The notes beneath the pieces are model-generated. The model did not search any database, was not told where the DNA came from, and saw only the letters and a program-made list of their open reading frames with translations. From assembly GCA_951406725.2 (NCBI GenBank), contig OX597835.1:30194001-30258000 (forward strand): DNA of 64,000 nt, given 5' to 3'. The position numbers were made by a program, and so were the translations under genes. The stretch is from Octopus vulgaris (taxonomy: Eukaryota). The first letter of the stretch is position 1. The number at the start of each line of letters is the position of its first letter. Below are positions 1-12,888 of the stretch, in pieces.

Positions 1-259
1 GTTTCTTACAATTCTTAGTTTGCTTGTTGTTGTTGTTGCTATTGTTGTTATTATCAAAGTTGCTGTTGTTATTTTTGTTGTTGTTGTTGCTAAACGTCTT
101 TCCTTCCGAACAGTTAGTTGCCATAAGAATGTGATTGACTTTTTCCTTAATCGGAGGTTGGGAAGGTTGTTTTTCCTATTGAACATAATCTTCGGTTCTC
201 TCTCTCTGTGAATGTATTTAACTATTAATATTAGATTGACTTAGCTAAAGACATAGCAG

Positions 260-325
260 TCTATATTTGCATATATATACACACACATATATATAAATAC
301 ACATATATATATATATACATATGTA

Positions 326-401
<76 letters not shown>

Positions 402-435
402 TACATATGTATGTATATATATATAGGTGTGTGTG

Positions 436-495
<60 letters not shown>

Positions 496-533
496 TATAT
501 AAATACATACAAACACATGTGTTTGTATGTATT

Positions 534-570
<37 letters not shown>
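260..570. repeat. (TA)n-rich compound microsatellite, representative of dozens of TA/CA/TATC/TATG tracts in the window
   Basis: Visible dinucleotide runs; source of the IYIYIY ORFs. Confidence 0.97.
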
Positions 571-573
<3 letters not shown>

Positions 574-640
574 CGTCGGTGCACTTGAGCTTTATGATGG
601 CTTTCGGATATATATTTACACTCCCAGAGAGCAGGATTCA

Positions 641-673
<33 letters not shown>

Positions 674-995
674 GCATACAAATACACACACACACGCGTA
701 AATATAAATACATACATTCAGAAGGAGAGAGATCAATGACATTTGTGTATAATGCTTATTAACTATTGATATATCAATGACTGTGCACCTTTGTGAATAT
801 ATATACACGCACATACACATACACACACTCACACATATATATATATGTATATGTACTTATAGATATATACACGAATTTTTATAGGAATATAGGTAAATAA
901 TTGTATATACATATGTATATATGTATATGTATATATGCATATATACATTGTTGTATGTATGTATATATATATATATACAATAAAACATTCATATT

Positions 996-1030
<35 letters not shown>

Positions 1031-1134
1031 AGGTATGTACACGCAAACATAAATATCGATTTGATCTGGCAATGTCATAAATCTATTTGATCATTTAATC
1101 AATCACTCAACAAGTTTTCATCGGGAATGATATT

Positions 1135-1137
1135 CAC

Positions 1138-1198
<61 letters not shown>

Positions 1199-1346
1199 AT
1201 CTATCTATCTATATATCTATCTATCTATCTATCATCTATCTATATATCTAATTATCTGTCTATCTATCTATCTATCTATCGATCGATCGATCTATCTATC
1301 TATCTGTCTATCTATCTATTTATCTATATCTCTACCTATCTGTCTG

Positions 1347-1404
<58 letters not shown>

Positions 1405-1406
1405 AA

Positions 1407-1437
<31 letters not shown>

Positions 1438-1469
1438 TTATCTATCTATCCATCCAGCCATCCTTCATT

Positions 1470-1546
<77 letters not shown>
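1135..1546. repeat. (TATC)n/(CA)n/(TA)n compound microsatellite
   Basis: Direct inspection. Confidence 0.95.
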
Positions 1547-1551
<5 letters not shown>

Positions 1552-1804
1552 TGCCTATGCAGACACAATTAGTGTGAGAGGACAAGGAGCGATCGAGAAG
1601 CGAACGGTGTAGCGTAATAGCGTTTATGGTTGCACAGAAGAGTGTTGTTTTGGATGTGGTGCTTGGAGAGGTGACGGTAACGGTGGTGGACCCGGATTGC
1701 TTTTTGGTGCAGTCAGTATTGGTTATAGTTGGTGGGCGCGTGTGGTGTGGTGCTTTCGGTTACAGCATTCATGGTGGTGCTGAGCGCGATACATAGATAA
1801 CTTT

Positions 1805-2007
1805 GATGATGACAGTGGTGGTGGCGACGGTTACGACGCTGCTGCTGCTGCTGCTGCAGATGATGATGATGACGAAGATGATGACGATGATGATGGTGAC
1901 GACAATGATGGTGGTGGTGGTGGTGGTGGTGGTGGTGGTGGTAGTGATGGTAGTGATCGAGTGATGATGGTGGAGTTGATAATGATGGTGATGATGATGA
2001 TAATGAC

Positions 2008-2054
<47 letters not shown>

Positions 2055-2330
2055 CGATGATGATGGTGACGATAATGAGGCTGCTGAAGATGATGATGAT
2101 GTGGTAGTGGTGGGGATGGACAATGGTTATGGTAATGATGATGACGATGATGATGATGATGATGGTGATGATGATAACGACGACGGCGACGATAACGCTG
2201 ATGACCTGGATGATGATTTTGAAGAGGATGATGATGATGTGGATGATGAAGACGATGACAACGACTACGGTGATGATGATGATTATGATGATAATAACGG
2301 TAGTGATGATGTTTACGATGATTGTTGTTA
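1805..2330. repeat. (GAT)n/(GGT)n/(GCT)n trinucleotide low-complexity tract
   Basis: Direct inspection; yields poly-His/Ser/Asp pseudo-ORFs in several frames. Confidence 0.93.
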
Positions 2331-2646
2331 CGGTGGCCGAGGTAGTTAGTTGCCATGGCGACAATTTAGATTCCATAACAGTTTTTGGTATTTGTTTTTT
2401 TTCTTTTTGGGCCGTAATCTTCAAGACTTTCTTGTTTGTTCTATGTTTTCTGCTAGGAAGATTTTTTTAAGAGAACATAACGTTCCTGTGAAGTGAAACG
2501 ATTCTATAGAAATATTTGGAAAACAGATAAATGGGAACTTAATTATAGACAGACAGAGAAATCACACACTCAGATAAATACACACGTCTACGCACTTCAC
2601 ACTCACACAAATGCGCATATATACCTATATGTATGCACACACACAC

Positions 2647-2697
<51 letters not shown>

Positions 2698-2876
2698 AAT
2701 ATGCACATACACAAACACAAATACATAGGCATACACACACATGCCCACACAACATATGTATATACATACGTATATATATATTTATGAATATATATATATA
2801 TACATATATATACATATATATATATATGAGCATATGTTTGAATATATACGCACTCATATACATGCAAACATTTATG

Positions 2877-2907
<31 letters not shown>

Positions 2908-2919
2908 AAATGTGTGTGA

Positions 2920-2966
<47 letters not shown>

Positions 2967-3589
2967 TACATACAAACATGCATATATACATATGCATACA
3001 CATATATACATGCATACAAGCGTTTAAAATATACATATACATACATACATATACATATACATACATACATACATATATTACAAGAGAGAGAGAGAGAGAG
3101 AGTGTGAGAGAGAAATAGACAATGTTAGATCTTATGTAACATGGTAAAAATTTCGTACTGAACAAGTGCTGATTAATAAACACAAAAACTAGATAAACAA
3201 CAAACAATGAAAGAATGAAAAAAAACAAAACAAACATACAAATAAATAAATAAGTGACAACATAACGCATCTTGTATTGCGTGATTTGGAATTCAAATCT
3301 GTCTTCAGAAAGACAAATGCGTAAATTTCAATAACTGGGTGTCTGGTCTGTGGGACAGCTACACCAAACATCAAACTCTATGTGTGGATCCATGAATCCA
3401 ACATTTCCCTTCTGTTAAAGGCTAGCTTTAGTTTCTTTTTGTTATAAACCTCTGCAGTATTCTGATTTATAGTCTTTTCTTACACTTGTTGAATTGAACA
3501 GCTTCGGATTTTCTCGAATATACCGAAACTTGAAGAATACGTTTTGAGGTTTCTGTTCTATTGCATTGGTAATTTCCTGTTTGTCCGTT

Positions 3590-3628
<39 letters not shown>

Positions 3629-3644
3629 TTACCTACCTCTCTAC

Positions 3645-3681
<37 letters not shown>

Positions 3682-3683
<2 letters not shown>

Positions 3684-3928
3684 ATCATATTTCGGCCAGA
3701 TTTCATTCGTCACACTCCTGTGACCGCATCAGTGGTCCCTTGCTTTCTTCTTTCTTATTTGTGTGTCTCTCCTTACTAACCGTCAGCCATCTTGTATTTC
3801 ACTTTGTATTTGTAATACAAAATGGCTGACGGTTAGTAAGGAGAGACACAAATAAGAAAGAAGAAAGCAAAGGACCACCGATGCGGCCACAGGAGTGTAA
3901 CGAAAGAACTCTGGCCGAAATAAGATTA
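3682..3928. mobile_element. Fold-back inverted repeat (~115-bp arms) with a degenerate hammerhead-like motif in each arm
   Basis: Arms 3682-3798 and 3814-3928 are imperfect reverse complements; outward-reading C(T/C)GATGC-GG(T/C)CA...TGGCC-GAAA, but stem I partner not found. Confidence 0.6.
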
Positions 3929-4071
3929 AGATTAATGTAAAAAAATAAATAACGCTGAAGCAAAGTAACACCAAATATATAGTGCGATTGTTTTTATTGG
4001 CCATTCCGAAATATAACAATATCTGTTTCAACACACGATTTCAACTCAAAAATCTTGCAAAACAAATATAT

Positions 4072-4100
4072 AATACTACTACTACTACTAATAATAATAA

Positions 4101-4135
<35 letters not shown>

Positions 4136-4136
4136 A

Positions 4137-4204
<68 letters not shown>

Positions 4205-4276
4205 CTAGTAGTAGTAGAAGTAGTAGTAGTAACAACAACAACAACAACAGCAAAAACAAGAATGATAATAATAATG
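4072..4276. repeat. (TAG)n/(TAA)n/(AAC)n trinucleotide microsatellite
   Basis: Direct inspection. Confidence 0.95.
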
Positions 4277-4280
4277 AATC

Positions 4281-4778
4281 CCCTGATGCAGTACCAGACT
4301 GGATTTTAAGACTTCTGATCTTAACTGACTGGCAGTGCTTTCATGTAAATTGTTTTGTCTTGGTATAAAAGATGGGCTACTGCAAATATTCTGCTCAACA
4401 CCACAAATTTGCTAGTCAGTTACTTGACCATAACCAGTCGAGCATATCCCTTGGTGGCTGATGATATGTGCATCTTTGATTACGAGTAGAAGTAAGGGGG
4501 AGCATCACAGCAATGTGTTGAGAGGAATAATTCACCTCTGCAATCATGGATGTTTTGTTCAACATCCTTAAATAACTCTTATTCAGGGACCTTTTAAGTG
4601 GGATGGGCTAGTCGACCCGAAGAAAATTCTAACTGGGTCCCCACCTGCAAGATCATGCGCTGTTTAATTTGATATGAGATCATGTCGCGGCCATATGGGT
4701 TTGATGCACGTGCTTGGTGTACCCTTATCAGACGTGTAGTCATGATGGGTATACTGGGTTTCGTATAGTTTACCTTCA
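4281..4778 (-). mobile_element. ~500-bp non-autonomous repeat next to (TAA)n, copy 1
   Basis: Colinear with 60134-60508 plus 61292-61435 (e.g. cttctgatcttaactga, ttggtataaaagatgggctac, cttattcagggacctttt). Strand is a guess. Confidence 0.8.
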
Positions 4779-4814
4779 TATATTGTACTCTATAATTATA
4801 ATAATTGAAATGAG

Positions 4815-5320
4815 ATGTAGAACGACTTTACTTGTCAAGGAAATCGGGTGGCTGTGGACTCTTACAACTTGAATTGACATTGAAGACTGACCTAAGCACT
4901 TTTGACCGTAATTTTATTGCCCTAAACACTTACCTGAAGAATTCTGATGAGTGGATGCTAAAGCTTCTCTTAAAGCACGAAAACAAGAATTGCATACTCG
5001 CTAACAAAACAGGCAAGGAAATCTAAGTGAATTCCAAATATAACATGTACTAGAATTAGATGTACTGAAATCAACCACAAAAAAAATCTAAACGTATGAA
5101 AACCCGTGCTAAAACTGCTGCTCTACATATCCTGTTGATAAAAAACAAGAAAAACCTCTCAATTGCAAAATACCTAAAGGGAGCTAATAATTCTGATGTT
5201 GACAAAGCCCTTACCCATCAATTTTTAGCGTCTTCTGGCTTAAAATCAGAAATAGAAGGTTTATCATAGCAGCATAGCAGCCCAACATCAATGCCTACCT
5301 ATAAGAAGCTACCAAGCTTG
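4815..5320 (+). pseudogene. Decayed R4/Dong-like non-LTR retrotransposon ORF fragment (post-RT region)
   Basis: Translates to VERLYLSRKSGGCGLLQLE (RLYxxRxxGGxGL motif) and, after frameshifts, DVDKALTHQFLASSGLKSEIEG...CLPIRSYQA, typical of restriction-like-endonuclease LINEs. Confidence 0.75.
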
Positions 5321-5349
5321 ACTTTTGATTTTTCTTATTCTCAGTACAT

Positions 5350-5591
5350 GTTCTCAAATTGCACTGCCCTCAATTTGACGCCCAATAATTCGGAAATATT
5401 CGCATTGGAGCTTCCGGCGTAAATACCAAGCAGTACAGGGTGTCGTTTCCAAATTTCTGGTAGAGGGAACTGCGTCATGGTGCTGTTTTTCTCACACAGT
5501 GCCCAACTGGCCCTACTATACTGTGTAGTCGACGAAATCAGAAGCAAACAATGCGCATTAAAAATGTAAAATGGCAGCAATTTACACCCTC
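5350..5591 (-). mobile_element. 5' fragment of a Tc1/mariner-superfamily (maT/DD37D-like) DNA transposon
   Basis: ATG at 5478 gives MTQFPLPEIWKRHPVLLGIYAGSSNANISELLGVKLRAVQ, a helix-turn-helix N-terminus; a TIR-like end (agggtgtaaattgctgcc) lies near 5591. No catalytic domain is present. Confidence 0.55.
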
Positions 5592-5651
5592 TCTCTCTTT
5601 ATCTTGCAATCTATATATCTATCTATCTCCCTCTCTCTCTTTCTCTCTCTC

Positions 5652-5714
<63 letters not shown>

Positions 5715-6005
5715 TAATACGTATTGCAAGTTATGGAAGATACATGTGTGATTTTGTAAATGATAATACAATTTGAATTACTTTTTATATAACAGGAATA
5801 TTTTTAGCTTGTATCTAATGTCTTAAGATTGGTAAACTTTAGCAAAATAGTCTCATTTAATGACACGAAATATATATATTTCTACAAATTATGTTGCCAA
5901 TCAGTGTTACCTGAAATTCTTCAAATGAAAGAACGCTAGTCTGAAAATCTAAAGATTTCTGGTTTTATAGAAATAAGATTTGACTGCCTTACTTATCTGG
6001 CGATG

Positions 6006-6077
<72 letters not shown>

Positions 6078-6217
6078 GTAATAAGAAATAAAAGACCATC
6101 CGGAGTTCTGAGTAACAGGTTTTGTTGAATTTTCTGGTTTAAATAAAGCATATTACTGTACCACTGGTATTTGAGTACTCTTTTTTCCACCTTGTTTCAC
6201 ATTTGTGTGTTTATTCC

Positions 6218-6284
<67 letters not shown>

Positions 6285-6304
6285 ATGTAGACAGACAGCT
6301 CGAC

Positions 6305-6358
<54 letters not shown>

Positions 6359-6490
6359 TTTGATAAATGATAGATAGATTGATTGATAAGAGATAGACAG
6401 ATAGTTTGATAGATAGATAGATTGATTGATAGATAAATATATAGATAGACAGATAGATAGATAGATTGATACAAATATATTCACATAGAC

Positions 6491-6546
<56 letters not shown>

Positions 6547-7010
6547 CTGCATTATCATCATTATGAGATTTAGGTTGTTGATATTCTGCCAAATTACTTC
6601 GGAATCTATTACTATAACTAACATTGATAAATCAAAGATACTACATTATTATATCGCCCTAGTCCGTCTTTATTCACTTTACCAGCCAGATGAATGGCAC
6701 AGTACTTTTAACATCACCGCCATTATAATCATTATCATCATCAGCAGCAGCAGCAACAGCAGCAGCAGTAACTTCTGATCGTCCCCGAGGTTATCCCCAT
6801 CACTGCCACCAACACTGCTGACAATAACAACAACAATAACCACAACAGCAACAATATAATCCCCTATCATGTTGATATCGACGTAACACACAAAGAAATC
6901 CGGACGGAATTCGTAAAATGAAACAAACATCAGGAGAAGATATTGCCCGCTCTCCAGCGCAGTCCTCCCCCAATTGATGTTAGGGACATGAACAAGGAGA
7001 TCATTTTCTG

Positions 7011-7054
<44 letters not shown>

Positions 7055-7115
7055 ATTATTTATCTATTTATCTATAAATAAATAAATATATATACACGTA
7101 TATATAAATAATAAT

Positions 7116-7152
<37 letters not shown>

Positions 7153-7278
7153 CATACATATATATATATATACATATATATGTATATATATTTATGTATA
7201 AACATATATGTGTTTATGTACGAATATACTTATGTTCACGAATGTATATTTGTATATGTTTATAAACACACAGTTGAG

Positions 7279-7318
<40 letters not shown>

Positions 7319-7467
7319 TATGTGTGTGTGTATCTGTATAGAGATCTGGTGTTATGTGTATATGCTTCGCTGTTTGTATATATATATACACACATATGTG
7401 TGTGTGTGTGTATCTGTGTAGGGATCTGGTGTTATATGTATATGCTTCGCTGTTTGTATATATATAT

Positions 7468-7501
<34 letters not shown>

Positions 7502-7514
7502 GATAGATAGATAT

Positions 7515-7564
<50 letters not shown>

Positions 7565-7565
7565 T

Positions 7566-7642
<77 letters not shown>

Positions 7643-7957
7643 ATATCTGTCCCTATTAATATGTATATAATAAAAAAAAGAACTCATAACTTTTATATAC
7701 CTCTCTTTTTCTCTCACTGTTCTTCTACGGTTCGAACTTATTTTTTTTTAACCCCCACCACCCGCCCCACTCACCGTGATCCTGCCCAATGCCAACACCA
7801 TTACCATTACCGTTCCTAGCATTGCCACACTACCAGCTTCCCTTCGACCCCTCTTCTGGTCTTGCTATGTCAGTGCCAGCAACTGATATTCCCGAAGGTG
7901 TTGGCTGTCGGAATATCTGAAAGGGTGAGGCGGGGATTCTTTTGCGATCGTACATGC

Positions 7958-7993
<36 letters not shown>

Positions 7994-8186
7994 GTATATA
8001 TACATACATACACAGAGGTATCTATATATGTATACACACACATACACACATATATATATATATTAATTCTTGTGTATATCTATGTGATATGAGACAAACT
8101 CAAAGATGTAATTATGAAGAAAGCCAAAACTCAATTTGCCTAATATGTTTTTCCAAGACATATGTAACTCTCTCTTCCTCTCTCGC

Positions 8187-8284
<98 letters not shown>

Positions 8285-8721
8285 TGTATATATTATATAT
8301 GTGTATATGTATATAGTCGTGAGTGTATATACGTATATATGTATGTATATATGTATGTATATATGCATATATATGTATGGTTGTATGTATGTATATATGT
8401 ATGCATGTATATACGTGTGTGTGTGTGTGATATTTTAATATTTCCATTCAATCAAAAATGGTGTTTCTGTTGTTTTTTGTTTTGCTTCACTGTTTCTACC
8501 CTTTCCTTTTTGTCTTTCTTTATTACAGCTACCACCACCACGCTACCACTACCACCACCACGCTACCACTACTACCACCACTCACCACTCACCACTACTA
8601 CCTCTGCCCCCTGCGACACCACTACTAGCACCACCACAACCACCACCACCACCACCACCACAACCTCCGCCGCCGCCACCACCACCACCACTACCACCAC
8701 CACCACCACCACCACCACCAA

Positions 8722-8774
<53 letters not shown>

Positions 8775-9288
8775 TATTAATGATATTTTCATTGCCATTC
8801 TTGGCGAGTTTTATGTTCTTTTACACTTTATATTCTCTTCTTGTCAATATTATATATTGCCTTCTGGTATTTACTTATCTCCCTTGTGTTGTGAGTTCAA
8901 TTCACACTCGGGGCAAATTCGCCTTCCAACCTCTCGTGGGTGGCTAAATTACTATCAATCAAGAATTTGGATAAATTTAATCAACAACCCCTCTTACCCC
9001 CACTACGCCCAAATCGTGCACTTGTGCCCTCTCAACAAATTCGTCTTCGTGTGTCTCTTTTGGAAATTCATATTATCATATTCCCTGCCGTTCCGAGTCC
9101 CGAAACTACCAATGTCTGTAGAATATTGGACAAAATACCTTTCAGTTTATATTCTGATGTTCTCTGATCAAATCCCGGCGGTGTCAGGATTATCTTTCAT
9201 CCTTCTGTGATTCAGAACATAACATAACCGTTCAGAAGTGGAGAAACATAATCAGTCGTTACTATCAATTAATATAGACAGTGTATAA

Positions 9289-9682
9289 GGCGGCGAGCTG
9301 GCAGAGACGTTAGCACGCTAGGCGAAATGCTTAGCGGTATTTCGTCTGCCGCTACGTTCTGAGTTCAAATTTCGCCGAGGTCGACTTTGCCTTTCATCCT
9401 TTCGGGGTCGACTAAGTAAATACCAGTTACGCACTGAGGTCGATATAATCGACTTAATCCGTTTGTCTGACCTAGTTTACCCTCTCTGTGTTTAGCCCAT
9501 TTTGGGTAGTAAAGAAATAGGTATATCGTCTGTCTTTACGTTCTGAGTTCAAATTCTGCGGGGTCGACTTTGCCTTTCATCCTTTCCGGGTCGATAAATT
9601 CAGTACCAGTTGCGTACTGGGGTAGATCTAATCAACTGGCCACCTCCCCCAAAAGTTCGGGCCTTTGTGCCTAGAGTAGAAA
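9289..9682 (+). mobile_element. tRNA-derived SINE family A, dimeric copy
   Basis: Head ggcggcgagctggcaga (A-box-like), B-box gagttcaaatt, central gcctttcatcctttcggggtcga; the internal unit occurs twice. Confidence 0.9.
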
Positions 9683-9930
9683 TGACTAATATTATTATGT
9701 TGGTATTATACCTAGGGTTCCATATATTTGGTTTTGTACTTCTTTGAGAATGTTTAAGAAACCATAAGAAAATTACGTATTTGTTTTAAAATTTGAGTAC
9801 TAGGCTTACAAAGAATAAGACCAGGGTTCGATTTGTTCGACTAAAGGCGGTGTTCCAGCATGACCGCAGTCAAACGACTGGAATAAAAGAAATATACATA
9901 TATATATATATGTATATATATATGTATATA

Positions 9931-10009
<79 letters not shown>

Positions 10010-10571
10010 GTACGTAAACATAAATGCAGATAGATAGAATGATGGCTAGAGAGATTGCTTATATGCTAACTACAACGATGTATGATGACAAAAGTCTTTT
10101 TTTTATTCAATTATATTAAATATTGTTCATACATCCTGGCTGTATTAGTTTTTATATCATGATGTTAATTCCATTGTTCGTTTTATTGTTGTTGTTGTTG
10201 TTGTTGTTGCCATTGCTGTTGTCATTGTTGTTGTTATTGTTGTTCTTGTCGTTATACATTTTATTGCTATTTTTTCATTATCAATATCTTCGTTTATTTT
10301 GGATTTTATCGGTATGGAATTTCTTTTCCAAGATGTTTGCTGGAACGTTGTTGAATTGTTTTGGTGAAGTTTTTTTTTTTTTTTTTTGCTTTTTCCTTCG
10401 TACACATCTGTGGTAGCGATGTTGATGGGGAATAGCAGGAGTAGATAAGAGCCGGCGGAGAAAAGAAACGGTGGCAGTAGGGTGAAATAGACACACATAC
10501 AAACACACACATACACACACACAGATATATATATATATATATATACATACATAGATACACAAACACATACA

Positions 10572-10634
<63 letters not shown>

Positions 10635-10741
10635 TATATTATTTATATATATATATATATGAATACACACAAACACATGCATATATATATATACCAAGAT
10701 ACACATACATGCTACATACATACATAAATACATATATATAT

Positions 10742-10780
<39 letters not shown>

Positions 10781-10845
10781 AATACACACAATCACATACA
10801 TATATATATATTACATGATACATATACATACACACACACAAACGC

Positions 10846-10897
<52 letters not shown>

Positions 10898-11656
10898 ATC
10901 TATATATATACACACAGAAACACATGCATACATTCATACATACATACATAAAATAATACAAACATACATACACATATTTATATATGTTTGAGTGTGTATG
11001 TTTCACTGTGATCTTCAGTATCATTTTGCCTCTGCTCATCTCAAATTATTATACGTGACGTACAGGAACGCCGATCTTCTCCTCCTGCTTCTTCCCTTGT
11101 CCTCATCTTCGTCTTCATCTCCTTCTTCTTCTTCTTCTTCTTCTTCTTCTTCTTCTTCTTCTTCTTCTTCTTCTTCTTCTTCTTGTCCTTCTTCTTCTTC
11201 TTCTTCTTCTTTTCTTCTTCTTCTTTTTCTTCTTCTTTTCTTCTTCTTCTTCTTCTTCTTCTTCTTCTTCTTCTTCTTCTTCTATTGATAATATACATTT
11301 GCGTCTGTAAACAGTAAATGTGGTGTATGGAAAAAAAGAAATATTTTAATCTTACACACGCAAAGAGACACAAAAATTGACAAGCAGACAAATAAAGACA
11401 AATAAATGAGTAATAAATAAATAAATAAATAAATAAATAAATGGGTACAGGCTCTGTGGTAAGTAGCTTGCTTACCAGCCACATGGTTCCTGGTTCGGTC
11501 TCTTGGGCAAATGTCTTCTAATATAGCCTCGAGCTTACCAAAGCCTTGTCAGTGAATTTAGACAGAATATAGGCGCAAGGAAAAAAACAGGTACAGTTTG
11601 CTCATCACTTCTTTCTCTCTTTCTCTTTCTTTTTCCACACCTAACACACATACACA

Positions 11657-11732
<76 letters not shown>

Positions 11733-11953
11733 ATCAATTTAGGGTAGCAAAAAATTCAATAGAAATTTATCGCTACCAGCGGTCTAGTGGGAAAGAGAAA
11801 ATAGTCAAAGACTATATATATAAATTCAACAACAATTAAGGAATGGCCTTAATAGGCCATTCGGCCCACTAGAAGAGGCAGCCAGGACTCAAACCGCTAA
11901 GTAGTAGTAATTCAGAAATTAAATGAAAATTTAAAAACATTTACCCTAATTCA

Positions 11954-12052
11954 TCTTTAGACGATGCATCGTTTCGGTGTTTTTTATGGCAAACCAGCTT
12001 AATTAAATTAAATTAAGTCAATCTACCAAAGGTTACACCTCATCGGTAAAGA
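11954..12052 (-). ncRNA. Type-I hammerhead ribozyme motif (CCGAUGA core variant)
   Basis: Minus strand: TCTTTA-CCGATGA-GGTGT..ACACC-GAAA-CGATGCATCG-TC-TAAAGA; stem I is a perfect 6 bp and stem III lies in the palindrome ACGATGCATCGT. Confidence 0.75.
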
Positions 12053-12228
12053 AACCAGGAGAGACGGATATACACAATTGATGATTTTCTGACTAATTCT
12101 GAGATTGAATCAGCAGTTTATATTTACTGCTGATAAGTTGGCGCGAATACGATGGTTTTGAAAATTTTAGGGCAGATATTCCGAGGGCATTGATACAGAT
12201 GTCTCGTGTATATCCGTCTCTCCTGGTT

Positions 12229-12327
12229 TTTTTACCGATGAGGTGTAACCTTTGGTAGATTGACTTAATTTAATTTAATTAAGCTGGTTTGCCATAAAAA
12301 ACACCGAAACGATGCATCGTCTAAAGA
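12229..12327 (+). ncRNA. Type-I hammerhead ribozyme motif (CCGAUGA core variant)
   Basis: TTTTTA-CCGATGA(12235-41)-GGTGT..ACACC-GAAA(12306-09)-CGATGCATC-GTC(12319-21)-TAAAGA. Confidence 0.75.
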
Positions 12328-12452
12328 TGAATTAGGGTAAATGTTTTTAAATTTTCATTTAATTTCTGAATTACTACTACTTAGCGGTTTGAGTCCTGGC
12401 TGCCTCCTCTAGTGGGCCGAATGGCCTATTAAGGCCATTCCTTAATTGTTGT

Positions 12453-12497
<45 letters not shown>

Positions 12498-12504
12498 ATA
12501 TATA

Positions 12505-12706
12505 GTGAATCAAAACAAAGAAGAACAAACAAGAAGAAAAACAACAACGCGAGGACGTGGTACAAGTAATGTATTATTGTATTATCAGACGCTCAGGAAA
12601 GGAAAGAAAGAGGATTTTACGTTTCGAGCAAGGCTCTTCTTCAGAAATAGAGTCAGTCTAGAAGAAGGGAAGACGGGGGAAGGAAATCGCCAACGATACA
12701 CACGTT
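12505..12706 (-). mobile_element. ~200-bp hammerhead-bearing element, copy 1
   Basis: Homologous in opposite orientation to 51039-51235 (cgtgtgtatcgttggcgattt...cgcgttgttgt); flanked by microsatellite. Confidence 0.75.
12614..12648 (-). ncRNA. Minimal type-I hammerhead ribozyme motif
   Basis: Minus strand: ATTT-CTGAAGA-A-GAGC-CTT-GCTC-GAAAC-GTA-AAAT. Confidence 0.7.
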
Positions 12707-12820
12707 ACATACATACATACACACACACACATATGTATATATAATGCAATATAATATAATATATAAGATCTATAATATACATAATATAATACAGACACAC
12801 TCATACATGTATATACATAT

Positions 12821-12888
<68 letters not shown>

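Larger units (their letters stand above)
11730..12454. mobile_element. Hammerhead-bearing fold-back element (249-bp inverted arms, 130-bp spacer) in (TA)n
   Basis: 11827-12075 is the reverse complement of 12206-12454 with 2 mismatches seen. Confidence 0.88.

Noticed and set aside
1713-2470. Long His/Ser/Asp/Ile-rich ORFs
   Set aside because: Open in several frames on both strands only because of trinucleotide repeats; no domain or splice evidence.
4933-4950. CTGAAGA and CTGATGA heptamers
   Set aside because: Lie within LINE coding remnant with no stem II-GAAA-NUH arrangement.
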